Positions 15,071-30,472 of a stretch of DNA of 64,000 bases are shown piece by piece (position 1 is the stretch's first letter; the number at the start of each line of letters is the position of its first letter). The notes beneath the pieces are model-generated. The model made no database searches, was not told where the DNA came from, and saw nothing but the letters and a program-made list of their open reading frames with translations. The stretch is from Escherichia coli O127:H6 str. E2348/69 (GTDB taxonomy: Bacteria; Pseudomonadota; Gammaproteobacteria; Enterobacterales; Enterobacteriaceae): assembly GCF_000026545.1 (NCBI RefSeq), contig NC_011601.1; one strand, written 5' to 3'. Made by a program: the position numbers and the translations under genes.

Positions 15071-16135
15071 ATGACCGAACTTAAAAACGATCGTTATCTG
15101 CGGGCGCTGCTGCGCCAGCCCGTTGATGTCACTCCAGTATGGATGATGCGCCAGGCGGGTCGCTATCTACCGGAATATAAAGCCACGCGCGCCCAGGCGG
15201 GCGATTTTATGTCGCTGTGCAAAAATGCCGAGCTGGCGTGCGAAGTGACTTTGCAACCGCTGCGTCGCTATCCGCTGGATGCGGCGATCCTCTTTTCCGA
15301 TATCCTCACCGTGCCGGACGCGATGGGTTTAGGGCTCTATTTTGAAGCCGGAGAAGGTCCGCGTTTTACCTCGCCAGTCACCTGCAAAGCCGACGTCGAT
15401 AAACTGCCAATTCCGGACCCAGAAGATGAGCTGGGTTACGTGATGAACGCGGTGCGTACCATTCGTCGCGAACTGAAAGGCGAAGTGCCGCTGATTGGTT
15501 TTTCCGGCAGCCCGTGGACGCTGGCGACCTACATGGTGGAAGGCGGCAGCAGCAAAGCGTTCACCGTGATCAAAAAAATGATGTATGCCGATCCACAGGC
15601 GCTGCACGCGCTACTCGATAAACTGGCGAAAAGCGTCACTTTGTATCTGAATGCGCAGATTAAAGCCGGTGCTCAGGCAGTCATGATTTTCGACACCTGG
15701 GGCGGCGTGCTTACCGGGCGCGATTATCAACAGTTCTCGCTTTATTACATGCATAAAATTGTTGATGGTTTACTGCGTGAAAACGACGGTCGCCGCGTAC
15801 CGGTCACGCTGTTTACCAAAGGTGGCGGACAGTGGCTGGAAGCGATGGCAGAAACCGGTTGCGATGCGCTGGGCCTCGACTGGACAACGGACATCGCCGA
15901 TGCGCGCCGTCGCGTGGGCAATAAAGTCGCGCTGCAGGGTAATATGGACCCGTCGATGCTGTACGCGCCGCCTGCCCGCATTGAAGAAGAAGTGGCGTCT
16001 ATACTTGCCGGTTTCGGTCACGGCGAAGGCCATGTCTTTAACCTTGGTCACGGCATTCATCAGGATGTGCCGCCAGAACATGCAGGCGTGTTTGTGGAGG
16101 CAGTGCATCGCTTGTCTGAACAGTATCACCGCTAA
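15071..16135 (+). CDS. hemE: uroporphyrinogen decarboxylase
   Basis: 354-aa [39 protein letters not shown]... (URO-D signature). Confidence 0.96.
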   Translation: MTELKNDRYLRALLRQPVDVTPVWMMRQAGRYLPEYKATRAQAGDFMSLCKNAELACEVTLQPLRRYPLDAAILFSDILTVPDAMGLGLYFEAGEGPRFTSPVTCKADVDKLPIPDPEDELGYVMNAVRTIRRELKGEVPLIGFSGSPWTLATYMVEGGSSKAFTVIKKMMYADPQALHALLDKLAKSVTLYLNAQIKAGAQAVMIFDTWGGVLTGRDYQQFSLYYMHKIVDGLLRENDGRRVPVTLFTKGGGQWLEAMAETGCDALGLDWTTDIADARRRVGNKVALQGNMDPSMLYAPPARIEEEVASILAGFGHGEGHVFNLGHGIHQDVPPEHAGVFVEAVHRLSEQYHR

Positions 16136-16144
16136 GGAGCGATT

Positions 16145-16816
16145 ATGGATCTCGCGTCATTACGCGCTCAACAAATTGAACTGGCTTCTTCTGTGATCCG
16201 CGAGGATCGACTCGATAAAGATCCGCCGGATCTGATCGCCGGAGCCGATGTCGGATTTGAGCAGGGCGGCGAAGTGACGCGAGCGGCGATGGTGCTGCTG
16301 AAATACCCCTCGCTTGAGCTGGTGGAGTATAAAGTGGCCCGCATCGCCACCACCATGCCTTACATTCCTGGTTTTCTCTCCTTTCGTGAATATCCTGCGC
16401 TGCTGGCAGCGTGGGAGATGCTGTCACAAAAGCCGGATTTAGTGTTTGTCGATGGTCATGGGATCTCGCATCCTCGCCGTCTTGGCGTCGCCAGCCATTT
16501 TGGCTTATTGGTGGATGTGCCGACCATTGGCGTAGCGAAAAAACGGCTCTGCGGTAAATTCGAACCGCTCTCCAGCGAACCGGGCGCGCTGGCCCCGCTG
16601 ATGGATAAAGGCGAGCAGCTGGCCTGGGTCTGGCGCAGCAAAGCGCGCTGTAACCCGTTGTTTATCGCTACCGGCCATCGGGTCAGCGTGGACAGCGCGC
16701 TGGCGTGGGTACAACGCTGCATGAAAGGCTATCGTCTGCCGGAGCCAACGCGCTGGGCGGACGCGGTGGCCTCGGAACGTCCGGCGTTCGTGCGCTATAC
16801 AGCAAATCAGCCCTAA
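16145..16816 (+). CDS. nfi: endonuclease V (deoxyinosine 3' endonuclease)
   Basis: 223-aa [55 protein letters not shown]... 9 bp after hemE stop. Confidence 0.94.
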
Positions 16817-16858
16817 TTCAGGTAAACTGCGGATAATTTCCGTATTTGAGAACTCAAC

Positions 16859-17449
16859 ATGTTACAAAACCCAATTCATCTGCGTCTGGAGCGCCTGGAA
16901 AGCTGGCAGCACGTCACTTTTATGGCCTGCTTATGCGAACGTATGTACCCCAATTACGCCGTATTCTGTCAGCAAACCGGCTTCGGCGATGGGCAGATTT
17001 ACCGCCGCATTCTCGATCTCATTTGGGAAACGCTGACCGTCAAAGACGCAAAAGTAAATTTCGACAGCCAACTGGAGAAATTTGAAGAAGCGATTCCTTC
17101 AGCCGACGATTTCGATCTGTACGGCGTTTATCCGGCAATCGATGCTTGCGTGGCGTTAAGTGAACTGGTCCATTCGCGTTTAAGTGGCGAAACGCTCGAA
17201 CACGCGGTGGAAGTGAGTAAGACTTCCATCACGACCGTGGCGATGCTGGAAATGACTCAGGCTGGTCGCGAAATGAGCGATGAAGAGCTCAAAGAAAACC
17301 CAGCTGTAGAGCAAGAATGGGACATTCAGTGGGAAATATTCCGACTTTTAGCTGAGTGCGAAGAACGCGATATCGAGCTGATAAAAGGCCTTAGGGCAGA
17401 CCTGCGTGAGGCGGGTGAGAGCAATATTGGTATAATTTTTCAGCAATAA
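16859..17449 (+). CDS. yjaG: DUF416 family protein
   Basis: 196-aa ORF MLQNPIHLRLERLESWQHVTFMACLCERMYPNYAVFCQQTGFGDGQIYRR... recognised as YjaG. Confidence 0.88.
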   Translation: MLQNPIHLRLERLESWQHVTFMACLCERMYPNYAVFCQQTGFGDGQIYRRILDLIWETLTVKDAKVNFDSQLEKFEEAIPSADDFDLYGVYPAIDACVALSELVHSRLSGETLEHAVEVSKTSITTVAMLEMTQAGREMSDEELKENPAVEQEWDIQWEIFRLLAECEERDIELIKGLRADLREAGESNIGIIFQQ

Positions 17450-17635
17450 GACCAGAAAACGTGATTTAACGCCTGATTTGTCGTACCTGGAGTCTTCCCT
17501 TTCGCCCCCCGTCTGGTCTACATTTGGGGGGCGAAAAAAAGTGGCTATCGGTGCGTGTATGCAGGAGAGTGCTATTCTGGCATTTCCGTCGCACTCGATG
17601 CTTAGCAAGCGATAAACACATTGTAAGGATAACTT

Positions 17636-17908
17636 ATGAACAAGACTCAACTGATTGATGTAATTGCAGAGAAAGCAGAACTGTCCAAAACCCAGGCTAA
17701 AGCTGCTCTGGAGTCCACTCTGGCTGCAATTACTGAGTCTCTGAAAGAAGGCGATGCTGTACAACTGGTTGGTTTCGGTACCTTCAAAGTGAACCACCGC
17801 GCTGAGCGTACTGGCCGCAACCCGCAGACCGGTAAAGAAATCAAAATTGCCGCAGCTAACGTACCGGCATTTGTTTCTGGCAAGGCACTGAAAGACGCAG
17901 TTAAGTAA
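17636..17908 (+). CDS. hupA: DNA-binding protein HU-alpha
   Basis: 90-aa [93 protein letters not shown]. Confidence 0.97.
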
Positions 17909-17914
17909 GATTGC

Positions 17915-18616
17915 GTGGCAGTGAACAGTTTTAACGAAGGGGTGGTTTCACCCCTTTTGTCTTTCTGGCGTCGATCATTGATGCTGGCTGGCGCTCTGTT
18001 TCTCACTGCCTGTAGTCACAACTCTTCACTTCCTCCCTTTACCGCCAGTGGATTTGCTGAAGACCAGGGCGCGGTACGCATCTGGCGAAAAGACAGCGGC
18101 GATAATGTGCATCTTCTTGCCGTGTTTAGCCCGTGGCGCAGTGGCGATACCACGACGCGAGAGTATCGCTGGCAGGGCGATAACCTCACGCTCATCAATA
18201 TCAATGTTTACAGCAAACCCCCGGTGAATATTCGCGCGCGTTTTGACGATCGAGGCGATCTGAGCTTTATGCAACGCGAATCCGATGGGGAAAAGCAGCA
18301 GCTTTCTAACGACCAAATCGATTTATACCGTTATCGTGCTGATCAGATCCGCCAGATTAGCGATGCCTTACGTCAGGGGAGAGTCGTGCTGCGCCAGGGG
18401 CGCTGGCATGCGATGGAGCAGACTGTGACCACCTGCGAAGGGCAAACCATTAAACCTGATTTAGATTCGCAGGCGATAGCGCATATCGAGCGCCGCCAGA
18501 GCCGCTCTTCTGTTGATGTCAGCGTGGCATGGCTGGAAGCGCCCGAAGGCTCGCAATTACTGTTGGTGGCAAACTCTGATTTCTGTCGCTGGCAACCCAA
18601 CGAGAAAACGTTCTGA
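17915..18616 (+). CDS. yjaH: DUF1481 family lipoprotein
   Basis: ORF with signal peptide and lipobox (…WRRSLMLAGALFLTACS); start uncertain: GTG 17915/17921 overlap the hupA terminator, an ATG at 17981 lies downstream of it. Confidence 0.8.
   Translation: MAVNSFNEGVVSPLLSFWRRSLMLAGALFLTACSHNSSLPPFTASGFAEDQGAVRIWRKDSGDNVHLLAVFSPWRSGDTTTREYRWQGDNLTLININVYSKPPVNIRARFDDRGDLSFMQRESDGEKQQLSNDQIDLYRYRADQIRQISDALRQGRVVLRQGRWHAMEQTVTTCEGQTIKPDLDSQAIAHIERRQSRSSVDVSVAWLEAPEGSQLLLVANSDFCRWQPNEKTF
17934..17960 (+). terminator. rho-independent terminator after hupA
   Basis: Hairpin GAAGGGGTG-GTTTC-ACCCCTT followed by ttgtcttt. Confidence 0.7.
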
Positions 18617-18617
18617 T

Positions 18618-19043
18618 TTACCAGTGGCCCATACCCATATGACCGCCACCACCGCAGCCGCCGTAACCCATGCCCATTCCGGTACCGCGCGGAATACCCG
18701 CTTCAGCCATCGCAATATCTCGTTTCACCCGTAACTCATCTAACGACTGACGCAAATTCTCCATCTCTTTGGCGACCGCGTTAATTTTGTTGCTATCCGG
18801 TGGGTTCGCGGCTAACAGGGCATTGTATTCATAACGCTTTGTCACCAGTTGCTGTTGCAGTGCGCTGCTTTGAGCGTAAAAGTCATTATGGATTTTCTGC
18901 CACGCTGTCTGTTGTTCGCTGGTCAAAGGCGCGGCATTTTGCTGCCACATACCGTGTCCGCCGTGAGCAAATGCCGATGTCGATCCCATCGCCATTGCTG
19001 AAAGCGCCATCATTACCAGGGCAATTTTCGTGTTCCGTTTCAT
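18618..19043 (-). CDS. zraP: zinc resistance-associated periplasmic protein
   Basis: 141-aa protein from internal Met (MKRNTKIALVMMALSAMAMGSTSAFAHGGHGMWQQ...) with Gly/His/Met-rich C-terminus; track ORF N-extension rejected. Confidence 0.9.
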   Translation of the reverse strand: MKRNTKIALVMMALSAMAMGSTSAFAHGGHGMWQQNAAPLTSEQQTAWQKIHNDFYAQSSALQQQLVTKRYEYNALLAANPPDSNKINAVAKEMENLRQSLDELRVKRDIAMAEAGIPRGTGMGMGYGGCGGGGHMGMGHW

Positions 19044-19077
19044 GGTTAATCCTCCAGTGGTTGTCTTACTTCGGGTA

Positions 19078-19095
19078 TTGCATCTTTCGTGCCAA
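19078..19095 (-). promoter_or_regulatory. sigma54 (-24/-12) promoter of zraP
   Basis: Reverse complement reads TTGGCACgaaagATGCAa (GG-N10-GC spacing) about 35-50 bp upstream of the zraP start codon. Confidence 0.75.
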
Positions 19096-19136
19096 CGGCG
19101 AAACGCTGATATGACGGGTAATCTGGCATGATAAAC

Positions 19137-19182
19137 GAGTAAAAATGACCCGCCTGTTGTGGGTAGCGAGTCATTTTTACTC
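19137..19182. promoter_or_regulatory. palindromic enhancer (probable ZraR binding sites) between zraP and zraS
   Basis: Near-perfect inverted repeat GAGTAAAAATGAC-N20-GTCATTTTTACTC centred between the two divergent sigma54 promoters. Confidence 0.7.
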
Positions 19183-19233
19183 ATTGAAACTTAAGCCTTT
19201 GTGTTACAGCGCAGGGTAAGCGCTGATAAAAGA

Positions 19234-19249
19234 TGGCATGATTTCTGCT
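19234..19249 (+). promoter_or_regulatory. sigma54 (-24/-12) promoter of zraSR
   Basis: TGGCATgatttcTGCTg with GG-N10-GC spacing about 30 bp upstream of the zraS start. Confidence 0.7.
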
Positions 19250-19280
19250 GTCAGAAAGGGATGAGCAGGCAAAGAAGAAG

Positions 19281-20657
19281 ATGCGTTTTATGCAACGTTC
19301 TAAAGACTCCTTAGCTAAATGGTTAAGCGCGATCCTCCCCGTGGTCATTGTTGGGCTGGTGGGGCTGTTTGCGGTGACAGTGATTCGTGATTATGGGCGC
19401 GAGACTGCCGCCGCCAGACAAACGCTGCTGGAAAAAGGCAGTGTACTTATCCGTGCTCTCGAATCCGGCTCGCGCGTCGGCATGGGGATGCGCATGCATC
19501 ATGCGCAGCAGCAGGCATTACTGGAAGAAATGGCCGGGCAGCCTGGTGTACGTTGGTTTGCGGTCACGGATGAACAAGGAACAATCGTGATGCATAGCAA
19601 CTCCGGCATGATGGGAAAACAGCTTTATTCCCCGCAGGAAATGCAGCAGTTACATCCGGGAGATGAAGAAGCGTGGCGGCGGATCGATAGCGCAGACGGC
19701 GAGCCTGTTCTGGAAATTTATCGCCAGTTTCAACCGATGTTTGCTGCTGGAATGCACCGGATGCGCCATATGCAGCAGTATGCCGCGACACCACAAGCAA
19801 TTTTTATCGCTTTCGACGCCAGTAACATTGTGAGTGCTGAAGATCGTGAGCAGAGAAACACCCTGATTATCCTCTTCGCCCTGGCGACGGTCTTGCTGGC
19901 AAGCGTGTTGTCATTCTTCTGGTATCGCCGATATCTGCGCTCGCGGCAGCTATTGCAGGATGAAATGAAGCGCAAAGAGAAGCTGGTGGCACTGGGGCAT
20001 CTGGCGGCAGGCGTTGCCCACGAAATCCGTAACCCACTTTCCTCGATTAAAGGGCTGGCGAAATACTTTGCCGAACGCGCGTCAGCAGGGGGAGAAGCGC
20101 ATCAACTGGCGCAGGTGATGGCGAAAGAAGCCGACCGTTTAAACCGCGTGGTAAGCGAGTTGCTGGAACTGGTTAAGCCAACGCATCTGGCTTTGCAGGC
20201 GGTGGAGCTCAACACGCTGATTAACCACTCATTACAGCTGGTAAGCCAGGATGCAAACAGCCGGGAGATCCAGTTACGCTTTACCGCCAACGACACATTA
20301 CCGGAAATTCAGGCCGATCCGGACAGGCTGACTCAGGTCCTGTTGAATCTCTATCTCAATGCTATTCAGGCGATTGGTCAGCATGGCGTGATTAGCGTGA
20401 CGGCCAGCGAAAGCGGCGCGGGCGTGAAAATCAGCGTTACCGACAGCGGTAAGGGAATTGCGGCAGATCAGCTTGAAGCCATCTTCACCCCGTACTTCAC
20501 CACCAAAGCCGAAGGTACCGGACTGGGGCTGGCGGTCGTGCATAATATTGTTGAACAACACGGTGGTACAATTCAGGTCGCAAGCCAGGAGGGAAAAGGC
20601 GCAACGTTCACCCTCTGGCTTCCGGTCAATATTACGCGTAAGGACCCACAAGGATGA
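19281..20657 (+). CDS. zraS: sensor histidine kinase (zinc/lead responsive two-component system)
   Basis: 458-aa ORF with N-terminal TM segment, H-box (HEIRNPLSSIKGL) and ATPase G-boxes (DSGKGI, GTGLGL). Confidence 0.92.
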   Translation: MRFMQRSKDSLAKWLSAILPVVIVGLVGLFAVTVIRDYGRETAAARQTLLEKGSVLIRALESGSRVGMGMRMHHAQQQALLEEMAGQPGVRWFAVTDEQGTIVMHSNSGMMGKQLYSPQEMQQLHPGDEEAWRRIDSADGEPVLEIYRQFQPMFAAGMHRMRHMQQYAATPQAIFIAFDASNIVSAEDREQRNTLIILFALATVLLASVLSFFWYRRYLRSRQLLQDEMKRKEKLVALGHLAAGVAHEIRNPLSSIKGLAKYFAERASAGGEAHQLAQVMAKEADRLNRVVSELLELVKPTHLALQAVELNTLINHSLQLVSQDANSREIQLRFTANDTLPEIQADPDRLTQVLLNLYLNAIQAIGQHGVISVTASESGAGVKISVTDSGKGIAADQLEAIFTPYFTTKAEGTGLGLAVVHNIVEQHGGTIQVASQEGKGATFTLWLPVNITRKDPQG

Positions 20658-21979
20658 CGCACGATAATATCGATATTCTGGTGGTGGATGATGACATTAG
20701 CCACTGCACTATTTTGCAGGCTTTGCTGCGCGGCTGGGGCTATAACGTCGCGCTGGCGAACAGCGGGCGACAGGCGCTGGAGCAGGTGCGGGAACAGGTT
20801 TTTGATCTTGTGCTTTGCGATGTGCGAATGGCAGAGATGGACGGCATCGCCACGCTCAAAGAGATCAAAGCGTTAAATCCGGCAATTCCGGTACTGATTA
20901 TGACCGCGTACTCCAGCGTCGAGACAGCGGTAGAGGCGTTGAAAACCGGGGCGCTGGATTATCTCATCAAGCCGCTGGATTTCGATAACCTGCAGGCGAC
21001 GCTGGAAAAGGCGCTCGCACATACGCACAGTGTTGACGCTGAAACGCCTGCGGTGTCTGCCAGCCAGTTCAGTATGGTCGGTAAAAGCCCGGCGATGCAA
21101 CACCTGCTCAGTGAAATCGCCCTCGTCGCGCCATCGGAAGCCACGGTGCTGATCCACGGCGATTCCGGCACCGGTAAAGAGCTGGTCGCCAGGGCGATTC
21201 ACGCCAGTAGCGCACGGAGTGAAAAACCACTGGTAACGCTCAACTGTGCGGCACTCAACGAATCCTTGCTGGAATCTGAATTGTTCGGTCACGAAAAAGG
21301 GGCGTTTACCGGAGCCGACAAACGGCGGGAAGGGCGCTTTGTTGAGGCGGACGGCGGCACGCTGTTTCTCGATGAAATTGGCGATATCTCGCCGATGATG
21401 CAGGTTCGTCTGCTGCGTGCGATTCAGGAGCGCGAAGTTCAGCGTGTCGGCAGCAACCAGACCATCTCGGTTGATGTCCGGCTGATTGCGGCGACTCATC
21501 GCGATCTTGCCGCAGAGGTGAATGCCGGGCGTTTTCGCCAGGATCTCTACTATCGCCTGAACGTGGTGGCGATTGAAGTTCCGTCGCTGCGTCAGCGGCG
21601 GGAAGATATTCCTCTGCTGGCTGGCCATTTTCTTCAGCGCTTTGCCGAACGTAATCGCAAGGCGGTAAAAGGCTTTACGCCCCAGGCGATGGATCTGCTG
21701 ATTCATTACGACTGGCCGGGAAATATTCGTGAACTGGAAAACGCGGTGGAACGGGCGGTGGTGCTGCTGACCGGGGAATATATTTCCGAACGCGAGCTGC
21801 CGCTGGCGATTGCCAGTACGCCGATCCCGCCGGTACAAAGTCAGGATATTCAGCCGCTGGTGGAAGTCGAAAAAGAAGTGATTCTGGCGGCACTGGAGAA
21901 AACGGGCGGCAACAAAACCGAAGCCGCCCGTCAGTTAGGGATCACGCGTAAAACGCTATTGGCAAAACTGTCGCGTTAG
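20654..21979 (+). CDS. zraR: sigma54-dependent response regulator
   Basis: 441-aa ORF: receiver domain (DDD...K), AAA+ sigma54-interaction domain with GESGTGKE-like Walker A (GDSGTGKE) and GAFTGA motif, C-terminal HTH; overlaps zraS stop. Confidence 0.94.
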   Translation: MTHDNIDILVVDDDISHCTILQALLRGWGYNVALANSGRQALEQVREQVFDLVLCDVRMAEMDGIATLKEIKALNPAIPVLIMTAYSSVETAVEALKTGALDYLIKPLDFDNLQATLEKALAHTHSVDAETPAVSASQFSMVGKSPAMQHLLSEIALVAPSEATVLIHGDSGTGKELVARAIHASSARSEKPLVTLNCAALNESLLESELFGHEKGAFTGADKRREGRFVEADGGTLFLDEIGDISPMMQVRLLRAIQEREVQRVGSNQTISVDVRLIAATHRDLAAEVNAGRFRQDLYYRLNVVAIEVPSLRQRREDIPLLAGHFLQRFAERNRKAVKGFTPQAMDLLIHYDWPGNIRELENAVERAVVLLTGEYISERELPLAIASTPIPPVQSQDIQPLVEVEKEVILAALEKTGGNKTEAARQLGITRKTLLAKLSR

Positions 21980-23265
21980 TTCTGCTCGCGTTCGATAGCG
22001 CGCCAGCCGATATCTTTCCGGCAGAAGCAGTCGTCCCAATGGATATCTGTCATTAAGGCATAAGCGCGTTTCTGCGCTTCTGCCACGGTATGACCCAGCG
22101 CGGTAACGCACAGTACGCGCCCGCCGCTGGTCACTACCTGCTCGTCATCCGCCAGTTTCGTGCCCGCGTGGAACACTTTGCCGTCTGCCACTTCTTCCAG
22201 CGGCAGGCCGTGGATCACATCGCCGGTGCGGTAATCGCCCGGATATCCACCCGCAGCCATCACCACGCCGAGAGAAGCGCGTTCATCCCACTCGGACGTT
22301 TTCTCGTCAAGCGTACCTTCACAGGCCGCCAGGCAGAGCTCAACCAGATCGGACTTCATGCGCAGCATAATCGGCTGGGTTTCCGGATCGCCAAAGCGGC
22401 AGTTAAATTCAATAACCTTCGGATTGCCCTGTTTGTCGATCATCAGGCCCGCGTAGAGAAAACCAGTGTAGGTGTTGCCTTCCGCCGCCATGCCTTTCAC
22501 GGTTGGCCAGATGATACGCTCCATCGTGCGCTGATGAACCTCATCAGTCACTACTGGCGCAGGGGAGTAAGCGCCCATCCCGCCGGTGTTCGGCCCGGTA
22601 TCTTTATCGCCTACGCGTTTGTGATCCTGGCTGGTGGCCATCGGCAGCACATGCTCGCCGTCCACCATCACGATAAAGCTCGCTTCTTCGCCGTCGAGGA
22701 ACTCTTCGATAACAATGCGATGACCCGCGTCGCCAAACGCGTTGCCCGCCAGCATGTCGCGCACGGCGGCTTCAGCTTCTTCCAGCGTCATCGCCACGAT
22801 AACGCCTTTCCCGGCGGCCAGACCGTCCGCTTTAATGACGATTGGCGCGCCTTTCTCACGCAGATACGCCAGCGCAGGTTCTACCTCGGTGAAGTTCTGG
22901 TATTCCGCTGTGGGAATGTTATGGCGGGCCAGAAAGTCTTTGGTGAATGCTTTAGAACCTTCCAGTTGTGCAGCACCTGCGGTTGGGCCGAAGATTTTCA
23001 GCCCGGCGGCGCGGAAGGTATCGACTACGCCTTTCACCAGCGGCGCTTCCGGGCCGACGATGGTTAGATCTACCTTTTCGTTTTGTGCGAAATCCAGCAG
23101 CGCCGGGATATCGGTTACGCCGATAGCGACGTTCTGTAGCGCGGGTTCCAGCGCAGTGCCTGCATTACCCGGAGCAACAAAAACAGTTTCAACCAGCGGC
23201 GACTGAGCCGCTTTCCAGGCCAGCGCGTGCTCGCGCCCGCCGTTACCAATCACTAATACTTTCAT
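21976..23265 (-). CDS. purD: phosphoribosylamine-glycine ligase (GAR synthetase)
   Basis: 429-aa ORF MKVLVIGNGGREHALAWKAAQSPLVETVFVAPGNAGTALE... Confidence 0.96.
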   Translation of the reverse strand: MKVLVIGNGGREHALAWKAAQSPLVETVFVAPGNAGTALEPALQNVAIGVTDIPALLDFAQNEKVDLTIVGPEAPLVKGVVDTFRAAGLKIFGPTAGAAQLEGSKAFTKDFLARHNIPTAEYQNFTEVEPALAYLREKGAPIVIKADGLAAGKGVIVAMTLEEAEAAVRDMLAGNAFGDAGHRIVIEEFLDGEEASFIVMVDGEHVLPMATSQDHKRVGDKDTGPNTGGMGAYSPAPVVTDEVHQRTMERIIWPTVKGMAAEGNTYTGFLYAGLMIDKQGNPKVIEFNCRFGDPETQPIMLRMKSDLVELCLAACEGTLDEKTSEWDERASLGVVMAAGGYPGDYRTGDVIHGLPLEEVADGKVFHAGTKLADDEQVVTSGGRVLCVTALGHTVAEAQKRAYALMTDIHWDDCFCRKDIGWRAIEREQN

Positions 23266-23276
23266 CTATTGCTCCA

Positions 23277-24866
23277 TTAATGGCGGAAGTGGCGCATGTC
23301 GGTGAAGAGCATCGCAATACCGTGCTCGTCGGCGGCGGCAATCACTTCGTCATCACGGATGGAACCGCCAGGCTGGATTACACAGGTCACGCCCGCAGCG
23401 GCGGCGGCATCAATACCGTCGCGGAACGGGAAGAACGCGTCAGAAGCCATTGACGAACCTTTCACTTCCAAACCTTCATCGGCAGCTTTGATACCGGCGA
23501 TTTTCGCGGAGTACACGCGGCTCATCTGGCCTGCGCCAATACCGATGGTCATATTGTTTTTGGCATAGACGATAGCGTTGGATTTCACGAACTTCGCCAC
23601 TTTCCAGCAGAACAGCGCATCACGAAGTTCCTGTTCGGTCGGCTGGCGTTTGGTGACGACGCGCAGTTCTTCTGCACCGACTATCCCCAGGTCGCGATCC
23701 TGAACCAGCAGACCGCCGTTCACGCGTTTGAAATCAAGACCCGGAGCACGCTCGCCCCACTGACCGCAGATCAGGACGCGAACGTTCTGTTTAGCGGCGG
23801 TTATTTTCAGGGCTTCTTCGCTGGCGGACGGCGCAATAATCACTTCAACAAACTGACGAGAAATGATGGCCTGCGCGGTTTCCGCATCCAGCTCGCGGTT
23901 AAAGGCGATAATGCCGCCGAATGCGGAGGTTGGGTCGGTTTTATACGCGCGATCGTAAGCATCGAGAATGGAGTTGCTGACCGCCACGCCGCATGGGTTT
24001 GCATGCTTCACGATCACACAGGCCGGCTCGGCGAACTCTTTCACGCACTCCAGCGCCGCATCGGTATCGGCGATGTTGTTATAAGAGAGGGCTTTACCCT
24101 GAACCTGGGTTGCGGTGGCAACGGAGGCTTCTTTCACATTCTCTTCTATATAGAAGGCAGCCTGCTGGTGGCTGTTCTCGCCGTAGCGCATATCCTGCTT
24201 CTTGATGAAGTTCAGGTTCAGCGTACGCGGGAAGCGACCGGCGGCTTCTTTGCTTTCACCGTGATAGGCCGGAACCATGCTGCCGAAGTAGTTGGCAATC
24301 ATGCTGTCGTAGGCGGCAGTGTGTTCGAAGGCTTTGATGGCAAGGTCGAAACGGGTTGCAAGCATCAGCGATCCTTCGTTGGCATCCATCTCTTTAATAA
24401 TGGCGTCGTAGTCGCTGCTCTTCACCACGATTGCGACATCTTTATGGTTCTTGGCGGCGGAGCGCACCATCGTTGGGCCGCCGATATCGATGTTCTCTAC
24501 CGCATCTTCCAGCGAGCAGCCTTCACGAGCAACGGTCTGGGCGAACGGATACAGGTTAACAACCACCATATCGATAGGCAGGATCTGATGTTCTTCCATA
24601 ATGGCATCGTCCAGGCCGCGACGGCCCAGAATGCCACCATGTACTTTCGGATGCAGGGTCTTCACGCGTCCATCCATCATCTCCGGGAAACCGGTGTAAT
24701 CGGAAACTTCGGTTACCGGCAGACCTTTTTCTGCTAACAGACGGGCTGTGCCCCCTGTAGACAGCAGCTCCACACCACGTGCGGAAAGTGCCTGGGCGAA
24801 TTCGACGATACCGGCCTTGTCAGAAACACTGAGCAGAGCGCGGCGGACTGGACGACGTTGTTGCAT
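23277..24866 (-). CDS. purH: bifunctional AICAR transformylase / IMP cyclohydrolase
   Basis: 529-aa [83 protein letters not shown]... Confidence 0.96.
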   Translation of the reverse strand: MQQRRPVRRALLSVSDKAGIVEFAQALSARGVELLSTGGTARLLAEKGLPVTEVSDYTGFPEMMDGRVKTLHPKVHGGILGRRGLDDAIMEEHQILPIDMVVVNLYPFAQTVAREGCSLEDAVENIDIGGPTMVRSAAKNHKDVAIVVKSSDYDAIIKEMDANEGSLMLATRFDLAIKAFEHTAAYDSMIANYFGSMVPAYHGESKEAAGRFPRTLNLNFIKKQDMRYGENSHQQAAFYIEENVKEASVATATQVQGKALSYNNIADTDAALECVKEFAEPACVIVKHANPCGVAVSNSILDAYDRAYKTDPTSAFGGIIAFNRELDAETAQAIISRQFVEVIIAPSASEEALKITAAKQNVRVLICGQWGERAPGLDFKRVNGGLLVQDRDLGIVGAEELRVVTKRQPTEQELRDALFCWKVAKFVKSNAIVYAKNNMTIGIGAGQMSRVYSAKIAGIKAADEGLEVKGSSMASDAFFPFRDGIDAAAAAGVTCVIQPGGSIRDDEVIAAADEHGIAMLFTDMRHFRH

Positions 24867-24973
24867 GGTAAATCCCCTGGATTTGACTATTACAGAGAGC
24901 GTTAGCTGAATTTTTCGCGAAAAACTCAGCTAACGCCCCTAACGGGGCATCCTTATTTTTCGCCCGCATTGTA

Positions 24974-24989
24974 ACGAAAACGTTTGCGC
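24974..24989. promoter_or_regulatory. PurR operator (pur box) upstream of purHD
   Basis: ACGAAAACGTTTGCGC matches the palindromic pur-box consensus aCGCAAACGTTTgCgt; about 110 bp upstream of the purH start. Confidence 0.7.
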
Positions 24990-25137
24990 AACGCTCGCGA
25001 ATTTTTCTCTTTCAATGGTGATCACAATTTTGACAGTGTTTACCGTGGGAAAAATACAGAAATTACATTGATGATTGTGGATAACTCTGTGCGTAAAAAG
25101 GTATAAAGCGGGGTTTTGCTGGGGAATGCAGCAGTCA

Positions 25138-25195
25138 GTCATTTTTCTGCAATTTTTCTATTGCGGCCTGCGGAGAACTCCCTATAATGCGCCTC
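25138..25195 (+). promoter_or_regulatory. rRNA operon promoter P1 with AT-rich UP element
   Basis: TTGCGG (25161-25166) - 16 bp - TATAAT (25183-25188) followed by GC-rich discriminator GCGCCTCC; AT-rich tract immediately upstream. Confidence 0.8.
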
Positions 25196-25270
25196 CATAG
25201 ACACGGCGGATGTGAATCACTTCACACAAACAGCCGGTTCGGTTGAAGAGAAAAATCCTGAAATTCAGGG

Positions 25271-25305
25271 TTGACTCTGAAAGAGGAAGGCGTAATATAC
25301 GCCAC
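25271..25305 (+). promoter_or_regulatory. rRNA operon promoter P2
   Basis: TTGACT (25271-25276) - 16 bp - TAATAT (25293-25298) followed by GC-rich discriminator ACGCCACC. Confidence 0.75.
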
Positions 25306-25338
25306 CTCGCGACAGTGAGCTGAAAGCCGCGTCGCAAC

Positions 25339-25351
25339 TGCTCTTTAACAA
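25339..25351 (+). promoter_or_regulatory. boxA antitermination element in rRNA leader
   Basis: TGCTCTTTAACAA matches the rrn boxA consensus; a second copy TGCTCTTTAAAAA occurs at 27351-27363 in the spacer before 23S. Confidence 0.75.
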
Positions 25352-25482
25352 TTTATCAGACAATCTGTGTGGGCACTCGAAGATACGGATTCTTAACGTC
25401 GCAAGACGAAAAATGAATACCAAGTCTCAAGAGTGAACACGTAATTCATTACGAAGTTTAATTCTTTGAGCATCAAACTTTT

Positions 25483-27024
<1,542 letters not shown>

Positions 27025-27092
27025 CCTTAAAGAAGCGTACTTTGAAGTGCTCACACAGATTGTCTGATGAAAATGAGCAGTAAAACCTCTAC

Positions 27093-27169
<77 letters not shown>

Positions 27170-27211
27170 AATTTGCACCGCAAATTTGAAGAGGTTTTAA
27201 CTACATGTTAT

Positions 27212-27287
27212 GGGGCTATAGCTCAGCTGGGAGAGCGCCTGCTTTGCACGCAGGAGGTCTGCGGTTCGATCCCGCATAGCTCCACCA
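27212..27287 (+). tRNA. ala: tRNA-Ala (anticodon TGC)
   Basis: GGGGCTATAGCTCAGCTGGGAGAGCGCCTGCTTTGCACGCAGGAGGTCTGCGGTTCGATCCCGCATAGCTCCACCA; G3:U70 identity pair present. Confidence 0.96.
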
Positions 27288-27470
27288 TCTCTGTAGTGAT
27301 TAAATAAAAAATACTTCAGAGTGTACCTGCAAAGGTTCACTGCGAAGTTTTGCTCTTTAAAAATCTGGATCAAGCTGAAAATTGAAACACTGAACAACGA
27401 GAGTTGTTCGTGAGTCTCTCAAATTTTCGCAACACGATGATGGATCGCAAGAAACATCTTCGGGTTGTGA

Positions 27471-30374
<2,904 letters not shown>

Positions 30375-30472
30375 ACAACGCCGAAGATGTTTTGGCGGAT
30401 TGAGAGAAGATTTTCAGCCTGATACAGATTAAATCGACAGGTCATAACGTGACGTGTTGATAAAACAGAATT

